Positions 56,733 through 64,000 of a stretch of DNA of 64,000 nt are shown here, in pieces; positions within the stretch are counted from its first letter, which is position 1; every line of letters begins with the position of its first letter. The DNA is taken from the NCBI GenBank assembly GCA_043803105.1, contig JAZDKJ010000010.1, positions 32,001-96,000 of the forward strand. Reading direction: 5' to 3'. The notes beneath the pieces are model-generated. The model searched no databases. It was not told the origin of the DNA and was given only the letters and a program-made list of their open reading frames with translations. Position numbers and translations under genes: made by a program. Source of the DNA: Candidatus Woesearchaeota archaeon. Its GTDB lineage: Archaea > Nanobdellota > Nanobdellia > Woesearchaeales > JAZDKJ01.

Positions 56733-57006
56733 TTTCTATCCAGAACCTTGGCTCAGTTATGTCTTCCATTTTGCATTTTGGGCATCTTGATGGCCTTGTG
56801 ATTCTTGTCCTCTCTTTGTAAATGTAGCCGCAATGCCTGCACACTGGGATTTCCATCTTGAGTTCCATTTCAGGCTGTATGCTTTTTGCAATGTGCACCA
56901 GGTCTTTGCCAGTGTCTTTCATAGTTGACTTGAACTGTATTGCAAGCTCTCGTAACGTCATCCTTTTCTCTTGCAATAGCTCAATCATTCCCTTTCTTAC
57001 AGTCAT
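56692..57006 (-). CDS. HTH + Zn-ribbon transcriptional regulator
   Basis: DLVHIAKS, CRHCGY...PSRCPKCK..I..PRF. Confidence 0.85.
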   Translation of the reverse strand: MTVRKGMIELLQEKRMTLRELAIQFKSTMKDTGKDLVHIAKSIQPEMELKMEIPVCRHCGYIYKERTRITRPSRCPKCKMEDITEPRFWIEIKNQSISSHHEKK

Positions 57007-57728
57007 TTGAATATCTTGTTTAGTGAGTCTATCGTGTAAAGTATTATTGCCATTGTCTGTTCCTTGCTCGGATAGAATGCCTCTTTTTTCTTGTGCACAG
57101 AAAATATCCTCATCTGGTTGATAAGGTGTATTTGTTGCGTTAACCCTGGGTCAAGCTTTACGTTTTTCTCTGCTAGTTTCGCTATGAGGTTGCCCAGGCC
57201 TATGCCCGGATTTTTCTCAAGGATGTCAAAGTCTGTCGCCTCAAAGTATTTTCTGTGTAGCGCTATCTCGAGCAGCCTCCCGCATAGTATTATTGAGCTT
57301 CTGTAGCATCCATTTGCAAAGCATTTCTCAAGCTCTTGCAGGTCTGCATTGACATCCGGTTCTATCTCCTCAGGTATTCTCTTGTGGATTTTGAAGCTTA
57401 TTCCACCCGTTTCAGTTGGCAATTCATCAGCAAGCAATATAAGTTGGTCCACAGTTCTTCTTAGTTGCTCCGCATCCTTGCTTTCAAGCGTTTCAGCTAA
57501 AGAAACTATTTTGTTAACAACGCTCTTAGGCATCTTGCTTGAACTTAACTTTAATGCCTCTTCTTTTACTTTCTTTTTCGCATTCTCAAACTCTATTAGT
57601 ATGATTTTCTCTTTTCCTTTCCTGTAATCAGCTAGTTTGTCGTCTCTGACTAATTTCAGGTCTATCGTTTCCTTTGCTATCTGCTTTAGCGCAATATCAA
57701 GTTTTTTTATCGATTCCTTTAGCATCAT
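57003..57728 (-). CDS. DUF4145 (HEPN-like) domain protein
   Basis: ELEKCF...YRSSIILCGRLLE...LGNLI...RIFSVH. Confidence 0.7.
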   Translation of the reverse strand: MMLKESIKKLDIALKQIAKETIDLKLVRDDKLADYRKGKEKIILIEFENAKKKVKEEALKLSSSKMPKSVVNKIVSLAETLESKDAEQLRRTVDQLILLADELPTETGGISFKIHKRIPEEIEPDVNADLQELEKCFANGCYRSSIILCGRLLEIALHRKYFEATDFDILEKNPGIGLGNLIAKLAEKNVKLDPGLTQQIHLINQMRIFSVHKKKEAFYPSKEQTMAIILYTIDSLNKIFK

Positions 57729-57766
57729 TCAACAAAATTCTTGAATTCTTTTATATTTTTCTCTTA

Positions 57767-58990
57767 TTACATGAAGCTTGAAAGTTTGGACTGCGCCTTT
57801 ATCTCCTTGAGGAGCTTACTCTCGTTTAGTATCTTTTCTATGTCACAGCCAAACTTTCTGATGGCTAATGCCCTGATATACCTTAACATTGTGTTCCTTT
57901 CGTCAAAAAATATCGGCTTGTTTGCCATTGCCTTTCTTGTTGCTTCCCTGCACACCCACACTCCAAGAGGCGCTGCATACTCTCCTGTGATAAACCTGAG
58001 GCACAACACGCTTGACTGCTTTTTCAGCTCTGCAAGTCTTTCTGTTATTGCAAGCCTCGCAGCATAATAGCCCCCGGCGCAGTTCTCAGCATAGCTCTTT
58101 CTTCCGGCATAGTTTTCATTGTCTGTGCTGTATTGTAGCTCAGTGGAGATGTTCCAGCTTGCTTTGGGCATGTAGGATTCAAACAGCTCATAGCTCCATT
58201 TTTCAGGGAACATTAAGGCATAATAGTAATTTCCCATGAAATCCCCCTGGTACAGGCAGTGTTCGTATGCTTCATGCTGCTTGATTTCCTTTATCGCCTG
58301 CTTTCCCAAAAAGTCGTCCACCGCTGTTATCGACCACCTTGTTGGCACCAATTTTCTCTGCATCTTTATTCCTATTGTGCCTACTGACAGCAGTTTGGAA
58401 AGGTAGTTCTCATCATGCCCTTTGCCGTGAAGATAAAGCAATGCCTCTTGCGCCTTCAGGTCAACATCGCTGGTGGCTTTTTCCACCTCTCTAGGTATCT
58501 TTGGGTTTGATGTTATCTCTGCTTTCTTGAGCTTGGCATTAGGCCCCATTGGAGCCATTGATGCATCATAATTGGTATGAAATACTGGTTTGTCTTCCAG
58601 GTGTATCTCAAGTTCAACAGGCTTTGATGCCATTCCTATTTCTCTGCTGATTTCCAATAGCTTGTCCTGCGCTCTGATGTGTGACACAAACCTTGAATTG
58701 ACGAGTGACGTCCTTAGTTCAATCACTCGTGAGATACTGTACCCTTCTCTTGCCCAGTGTCTTGGAGCATCATACTCCCATGCGTTTTCCTCTCTCTCAG
58801 GAGGGCTTAAAATGCCTACGTTTAGAAATGGATAGCCTACCCGTCCAACAAACGGTGCCGGGCTTGACGAAAGGAATTCTTCCTTTACCTGCCTTTGCAC
58901 TTTAAATGCTGCTTGCGCCTTTGCATATACCGGGCAGAACTCTTTCCCGCAAAAGCCCCTGCCCTTGCATTTGATGCATTGTACCTGCAT
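57767..58990 (-). CDS. nreA: Archaeal DNA repair protein NreA
   Basis: CIKCKGRGFCG..CP, FVGRVGYP, RKLVPTRWSITAVD, GGYYAARL, PLGVWVCRE; C-terminal PIP box QSKLSSF. Confidence 0.92.
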   Translation of the reverse strand: MQVQCIKCKGRGFCGKEFCPVYAKAQAAFKVQRQVKEEFLSSSPAPFVGRVGYPFLNVGILSPPEREENAWEYDAPRHWAREGYSISRVIELRTSLVNSRFVSHIRAQDKLLEISREIGMASKPVELEIHLEDKPVFHTNYDASMAPMGPNAKLKKAEITSNPKIPREVEKATSDVDLKAQEALLYLHGKGHDENYLSKLLSVGTIGIKMQRKLVPTRWSITAVDDFLGKQAIKEIKQHEAYEHCLYQGDFMGNYYYALMFPEKWSYELFESYMPKASWNISTELQYSTDNENYAGRKSYAENCAGGYYAARLAITERLAELKKQSSVLCLRFITGEYAAPLGVWVCREATRKAMANKPIFFDERNTMLRYIRALAIRKFGCDIEKILNESKLLKEIKAQSKLSSFM

Positions 58991-59010
58991 AGTATTGCAA
59001 AGCCTTCTGC

Positions 59011-59703
59011 CTATTTATGCTTAACTTTTTTATGTTTAAATTGTTTGCGTTGCGTAAAGGTTAGAACTAGTCCTGCTGCGATTATGATCGCGATTGCGAT
59101 CCCGCCTATTACCCCAAGGTTGTAAGTGCATTTCTGCCCTTTAGCCATCTGTAGTGCATTGCAGCTTAAGTCTTCGCATTGGTGACGTATGGCACTTTGG
59201 TTGTCCAGGCAATTCAGCGGCCTGCATTTGTACAGGCTGTTTGTGTTGCAGTAATAGTCTTCTTCGCATTCCAGGTCTGTCCTGCACTCCACTTTGCTTA
59301 AGGGTATCACAGTCAGCGCCTTTATTGTCTTTCCGCACATAGTCCTTGCAGCAACCACACCACTGTCATTGAATGCCTGCACCTGGAAGCAAGGTACATA
59401 GTAGAACGTGTATCCATTTTGGGGTGCCAGTATCGTGCTCAGAATAATAAAATCTTGTGTTACTCCCGGAAGGATTATTTTTGATTTCCTCAGGTCTATT
59501 GCTAGTATTTTGGAAGTCTCAAGGTCTTTTATATAGATATCGTCCACAACAAGGTTTTCCTTTAGGTTGTTGTATATCACCACTGTGAAATTCACTGCAG
59601 TTCCTTCAATGCATGCCTTGTTTTCGCACTGGTGTGAGCTGTCTATAGCTGCCCCTACGAACGGTATTGCCAGCAAGACTATCGCAAGGACCAGGTATTT
59701 CAT
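59011..59703 (-). CDS. Secreted/membrane-anchored Cys-containing protein
   Basis: Signal peptide, Cys-rich segment, C-terminal TM helix and basic tail. Confidence 0.75.
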   Translation of the reverse strand: MKYLVLAIVLLAIPFVGAAIDSSHQCENKACIEGTAVNFTVVIYNNLKENLVVDDIYIKDLETSKILAIDLRKSKIILPGVTQDFIILSTILAPQNGYTFYYVPCFQVQAFNDSGVVAARTMCGKTIKALTVIPLSKVECRTDLECEEDYYCNTNSLYKCRPLNCLDNQSAIRHQCEDLSCNALQMAKGQKCTYNLGVIGGIAIAIIIAAGLVLTFTQRKQFKHKKVKHK

Positions 59704-59742
59704 CGTGTATCAAGACTTGTTTATGATATAAAAACCTTGTGA

Positions 59743-60291
59743 TTATTTTATCACAGCAACAAAAGGTAATGTCCTGAACTTCTCATCACAGTCAAGTCCA
59801 TAACCCACAATGAACTCATCAGGAACAATGAAACCAAGATAGTCAATCCGAACATCCACCTCTCTCCTGTCAGGCTTTGAGAGCATGCTCGCGACCCTTA
59901 CCCTTTTGGCCCCAAGGTCTTTGCAGTGTCTAATAAGGAATTCTATTGTATATCCCTTATCAACAATGTCTTCCACAATCAGTACATTCCTTCCATTGAG
60001 AGGTTTTGTGAGCGGCTTCACTATTATAGGGGTTCTTGAGCTGTTTTTTCCAGAATAGCTCTTTACCTGCACTGTGTCAAATGTGCAGTTTATCTGCCTC
60101 ATTAAATCTGCAGCAAAGAAGACTGCTCCGTTTAATACCACTACGCAATGCCACTCACCCTTGCCTATTTTGCGTCCTAGCTCCTTCACCTTTTTGCTGA
60201 TTTCAGCTTCAGTTATGAGCATTCCCTTCAGTTCTTTGTTCTTGTAAGGTGCAGGCACTGCAACTAGCTTTCTCTTTCTTAGGTCTTCCAT
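59743..60291 (-). CDS. hpt: Hypoxanthine phosphoribosyltransferase
   Basis: VLNGAVFFAADL, VKSYSG, VLIVEDIVDKGYT, FIVGYGLD...FRTLP. Confidence 0.9.
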   Translation of the reverse strand: MEDLRKRKLVAVPAPYKNKELKGMLITEAEISKKVKELGRKIGKGEWHCVVVLNGAVFFAADLMRQINCTFDTVQVKSYSGKNSSRTPIIVKPLTKPLNGRNVLIVEDIVDKGYTIEFLIRHCKDLGAKRVRVASMLSKPDRREVDVRIDYLGFIVPDEFIVGYGLDCDEKFRTLPFVAVIK

Positions 60292-60368
60292 TATACTATG
60301 CTTCTTGTCTGCCTTTATATTTTTTTCCAAGAACAAATCTTTAAAAACAAGCCTATGAATCCGGACGC

Positions 60369-60986
60369 ATGAAAGGTCTTTTGCTGATTTCAGGAGGTAT
60401 TGACAGCCCTGTTGCAGGCTATAAGATGCTGAAGCTCGGATGCGAGCTTTCAGTTGTTCATTTCTGCAATGCTGATACAATTGACGGGCGTGCCCTGCGC
60501 TTGACTACTCTTCTTGCAGAAAACTTTGGAAGGCTCTGCTTTTTCTCTGTTCCCCATAGGCTTGCCCAGGAGAGTTTCGCTCATCATTGCAATCGCCGCT
60601 TTCAATGTCTTCTGTGCAAGCGCATGATGTACATGGTGTCTGAGAGGCTTGCCCTGAAGCATGGCATGGAATTCCTGCTTACAGGAGAAAACCTTGGCCA
60701 GGTTGCCTCGCAGACCTTGGAGAATATGTCAGTTATCGACTCTGCTGTAAAGATTCCTGTGCTAAGGCCTCTTTTGTGCGCTGAGAAGGCAGAGACAATC
60801 AATCTTGCTAAGTCGATAGGCACATTCCAGATTTCAAGCCTTGCTGCAGAATCATGCCCTTTTGTCCCAAGGCATCCTTTGACAAAGGCTCGTCTTGACC
60901 AGTTGTTGAATGAGGAAAAGCGTGTTGACGTTCAATCCATAATCGAACAGCTTATTAAGGGAACAAAAACAACCTGGTGTGGTTAG
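60369..60986 (+). CDS. thiI: ThiI-like PP-loop sulfurtransferase lacking THUMP
   Basis: LLISGGIDSPVA, CLLCKRMM, TGENLGQVASQT, LRPL, IGTF, CPFVP.HP.T. Confidence 0.8.
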   Translation: MKGLLLISGGIDSPVAGYKMLKLGCELSVVHFCNADTIDGRALRLTTLLAENFGRLCFFSVPHRLAQESFAHHCNRRFQCLLCKRMMYMVSERLALKHGMEFLLTGENLGQVASQTLENMSVIDSAVKIPVLRPLLCAEKAETINLAKSIGTFQISSLAAESCPFVPRHPLTKARLDQLLNEEKRVDVQSIIEQLIKGTKTTWCG

Positions 60987-62001
60987 ATTGGATTTCGGCA
61001 AATTAAGCAAGGAACTTGATTGTGCCAGGCCTCTCTTGTTCTTCCATGACGACCCTGACGGCCTTGCATCCTTCCTCTTGCTCTATCGGAAATTGAAGGA
61101 AGGCAAGGGTATTGTTGTTAAAAGCCATCCTGAGGTTGACGAGAAGTTTGTCCATATTGTGGATGAATATCAGCCTGACAAGATTTTTGTCCTTGATTTG
61201 GCACTTGTTAATGATTCCTTTCTTCACCGGATCAAAACCCCAGTTGTCTGGATAGACCATCATAAGCCTCAGGAGCCAAGGGGTACTCATTACTTTAATC
61301 CCCAGCATTCGATTGGCAATGTTCCCTGCGCACTTGTTTGCTATGAGGCAGTGCGCCAGGATTTGTGGATTGCCATGACCGGGATTGTTGGCGACTGGTA
61401 TTATCCAGAGCTTGCCAAGGAGTTTAGGGAAAAATACCCTAAATTGCTTCCAATTTCATCAAAAGACCCTGGCGTTGTCCTCTTTGAAACTCCTATAGGA
61501 AAGCTTGCAAGGGTATTCTCTTTCATTCTCAAAGGAACAACTCAGGACGCTATGAAATGCGTCAAGATTCTCACTAGGATTGAATCTCCTGAAGAGATTC
61601 TTGACAGGACTACCCCCCGAGGAATGCTTCTCTATAAGAAGTTTGAGAAGATAAACAAGGACTATGAGAGGCTCCTACACATGGCAGAATCCCAATTTTC
61701 TGATGACCCCTTGCTTGTCTTTGTTTATCCTGGCACAGAGATGTCTTTTACAGGAGACCTTTCAAACGAGCTTCTCCACAAGTTCCACAACAAGATAATC
61801 ATAGTGGGCCGCGACAAGTCAGACGAAGTCAAATGCAGCCTCCGTTCAAGCTCAAAGGTGAATCTTCACTCATTACTCCAAAAGTCACTTTCGGGAGTGC
61901 AAGGCTATGGCGGGGGCCATGATCAGGCCTGCGGCGCAGTTATCAAGAAAGAGGATTTTCCAAGGTTCATTGACAATCTACGAGAGCATCTCAAGGCCTA
62001 A
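60979..62001 (+). CDS. DHH family phosphoesterase (DHH + DHHA1)
   Basis: HDDPDG, VLD, WIDHH, SLRS, GGGHDQACG. Confidence 0.9.
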   Translation: MVRLDFGKLSKELDCARPLLFFHDDPDGLASFLLLYRKLKEGKGIVVKSHPEVDEKFVHIVDEYQPDKIFVLDLALVNDSFLHRIKTPVVWIDHHKPQEPRGTHYFNPQHSIGNVPCALVCYEAVRQDLWIAMTGIVGDWYYPELAKEFREKYPKLLPISSKDPGVVLFETPIGKLARVFSFILKGTTQDAMKCVKILTRIESPEEILDRTTPRGMLLYKKFEKINKDYERLLHMAESQFSDDPLLVFVYPGTEMSFTGDLSNELLHKFHNKIIIVGRDKSDEVKCSLRSSSKVNLHSLLQKSLSGVQGYGGGHDQACGAVIKKEDFPRFIDNLREHLKA

Positions 62002-62177
62002 TCTTTGCAGGCAATAGATTTCTGCTTCAGGCAGTTCTGTCATTAGAAAGGACATCAGTCAAGGCTATTCAAAGCTAATAGCAAATGTGTATATTGATTC
62101 AGCAAAATCAAAGGCGCTCTTTAACTCAATTAAAATCCTAAAGCTTTATAAATTGTTTTTCCACCCTCTTGCATAGT

Positions 62178-62265
62178 GCGTCGGTGGTCTAATGGCTATG
62201 ACAATGGCCTTCCAAGCCATTTATCCGGGTTCAAAATGTTTTGCATGAAATTCCCGGCCGACGCA
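62178..62265 (+). tRNA. tRNA-Gly(UCC) with a 16-nt intron in the T-loop (position 59/60)
   Basis: Acceptor GCGTCGG/CCGACGC, anticodon arm ATGGC-CTTCCAA-GCCAT, T-stem CCGGG/CCCGG; BHB intron 62236-62251; TATA-like CTTTATAAA upstream. Confidence 0.92.
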
Positions 62266-62315
62266 TTCTTTATACTACGAAAACTATTTAACCCCTTCAC
62301 TCCTTTCTGCATAGC

Positions 62316-62957
62316 ATGAAGCCTGAGACCATTCTTTTCCTGTGTGCCCACAATGATGACCATCTGATTGGCGGTGGAGGCACTATTGCCAAGTACTTGC
62401 AGCAGGGTAAGCATGTCCATACATTGATTTTTGCTTACGGTGAGAGCTCACACCCTCACTTCAGGCGCCAAGTTGCTGTAGAGATGCGTGTCAAGGAGTC
62501 CAAGAATGCACAAAGGATACTTGGCGCAAATCCCACAAGTTATCTTGGTTGGAAAGAAGGCCATTTTGCTGAAGAGGCAAAGAGAAGGAAAGCCTCTTTG
62601 GAGAAGTTTGTGCGCGACAGGAATCCGTCAAAGATCTTTACCCATTCGGTTGATGACCCCCACCCTGACCACCAGGCAGTTTATTATATAGTCACCAAGC
62701 TCCTGGATAAGATGAATTGCAAGGCTGATGTCTATTGCTTTGATGTCTGGAATCCTATCAATGTTGCCACTCGCAGCATGCCAAAGCTTGTCGTTGATGT
62801 CTCTGAAACATTTGGCACAAAGCTTCGTGCCTTGTCCGCCCATAAGAGCCAGCGCCTTGCAAGGTTGTCAGTTTCTTGGAATGTGTATGCCAAGGCCTTC
62901 CTTAATGGCTTGAGGTATAAGGTGCGTTATGCAGAGGTTTTTTACAAGATAAGATGA
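62316..62957 (+). CDS. PIG-L family deacetylase
   Basis: AHNDDHLIGGGGTI, R.KES..A..ILG, DPHPDH, AHKSQ, YAEVF. Confidence 0.9.
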   Translation: MKPETILFLCAHNDDHLIGGGGTIAKYLQQGKHVHTLIFAYGESSHPHFRRQVAVEMRVKESKNAQRILGANPTSYLGWKEGHFAEEAKRRKASLEKFVRDRNPSKIFTHSVDDPHPDHQAVYYIVTKLLDKMNCKADVYCFDVWNPINVATRSMPKLVVDVSETFGTKLRALSAHKSQRLARLSVSWNVYAKAFLNGLRYKVRYAEVFYKIR

Positions 62958-64000
62958 ACAAAAGACTGTTGATAGCCACTGATTCCTTCCTTCCCAGGTG
63001 GGATGGCATTTCCAGGTTCTTGTCAGAAATCATCCCAGAGCTTAAAAGCTCCTTCTCTATTACTGTTGTCGCACCAAAGTTTCCTGGAAAAGTTCCTAAC
63101 ATTGAAGGCGTGCAGATTGTGACTGTTCCAACTTTCAAATTCCGGATAGGTGATTATAACCCTCCAAGGTTTGCAACGCAATTGATAGATGAGCTGGTCA
63201 GCAACTCTGACCTGGTCTGGGTCCACTCTATTGGCCCGATTGGAGGCACTGCCTTGCGTTGCGCAAACAAGCATTCTGTTAAGGCAGTCTCTTTTGTGCA
63301 CTCGCTTGAATGGGAGCTTGTGCCAAAGAGCCTTCCCAGGGCGCCCCTCCTCAAAATTCCGACTTACATAATTATGAAGTATATTGCCAGGAACCTTTAC
63401 AACAAGGCTGACCTTATTATGGCCCCCTCAGATGATGTTTTGAGCATTCTGGAGTCTAACAGGATAAAGCCCAAGAAGGTGGTGGTTCCGGTTGGGGTTT
63501 GCGTGAAAAAGTTTTTCCCTCCGGAAAGCAAGGCAAAGGCAAAACGAAGGCTTGGTCTTGACCCGCACACCTTTGTCATAGGCTTTTGCGGTAGGGTTGC
63601 GCGCGAGAAAAACATTCCAACCCTATTCAAGGCTTTTCTGCAGGTCAATCATGATTTTCCCCAATCAAGGCTGATGATTGTTGGTGCGGGGGTCCCGGCT
63701 TTGAATAAAAAGTTGTCTCATCCAAACGTTATCCAGGTTGGGTCAACTAATAATGTCCTTAAATATCTTCAAGCCATGGACGTCTACGTCCTTCCAAGCC
63801 TCACAGAGACCTCCTCCCTGTCAACTATGGAGGCTATGGCGTGCGGACTACCGGTTATTGTCACGCCTGTCGGCAGTATGAAGTTCTACATAGACGATGG
63901 CAAGAACGGCTTTTTCTTCCCAAAGCGCGATAGCCAAGCCTTGAGGCAACGCATCGAGGCCCTTATGCTCAAGCCTGGCTTGAGGAAGCGCTCAGGTGCT
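62954..64000 (+). CDS. GT4 family glycosyltransferase (3' end outside the window)
   Basis: Manual translation: MNKRLLIATDSFLPRWDGI...GRVAREKN...YVLPSLTETSSLSTMEAMACGLPVI. Confidence 0.9.
   Translation, partial: MNKRLLIATDSFLPRWDGISRFLSEIIPELKSSFSITVVAPKFPGKVPNIEGVQIVTVPTFKFRIGDYNPPRFATQLIDELVSNSDLVWVHSIGPIGGTALRCANKHSVKAVSFVHSLEWELVPKSLPRAPLLKIPTYIIMKYIARNLYNKADLIMAPSDDVLSILESNRIKPKKVVVPVGVCVKKFFPPESKAKAKRRLGLDPHTFVIGFCGRVAREKNIPTLFKAFLQVNHDFPQSRLMIVGAGVPALNKKLSHPNVIQVGSTNNVLKYLQAMDVYVLPSLTETSSLSTMEAMACGLPVIVTPVGSMKFYIDDGKNGFFFPKRDSQALRQRIEALMLKPGLRKRSGA

Overview
Archaeal DNA, most likely DPANN/Nanobdellota (Woesearchaeota-like). Support: Cdc6/Orc1, NreA with a PIP box, a PINA ATPase, TATA-type promoters and a tRNA with a bulge-helix-bulge intron. 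The window has four parts. (1) 1-4.7 kb: a large secreted S8 protease that runs off the left edge. (2) ~5-32.6 kb: an accessory defence/MGE-like island. It holds a leftward operon of small ORFans with a tandem AAA+ ATPase and a minimal ABC/SMC-head ATPase. Diverging from it is an orphan Csa3-like CARF-wHTH regulator heading co-oriented nucleases and helicases (PD-(D/E)XK x3, YprB-like exonuclease, HNH, GIY-YIG, UvrD-nuclease, DUF1998 SF2 helicase with an unknown partner). An MmeI-like R-M gene, a TcmP + radical SAM pair and a ParB protein with a sliding-clamp-like tail follow. (3) ~32.6-46 kb: a variable region with TA modules, dispersed intergenic repeats, a MITE-like insertion, a Cys-rich repeat protein and transporters. 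(4) 46-64 kb: mostly housekeeping genes (intein-containing PurD-like ligase, PINA, serS, cdc6, nreA, hpt, thiI-like, DHH, tRNA-Gly with a T-loop intron, PIG-L, GT4). No CRISPR array, integrase, reverse transcriptase or rRNA was seen. All family calls come from motifs recognised by eye; no database search was run.
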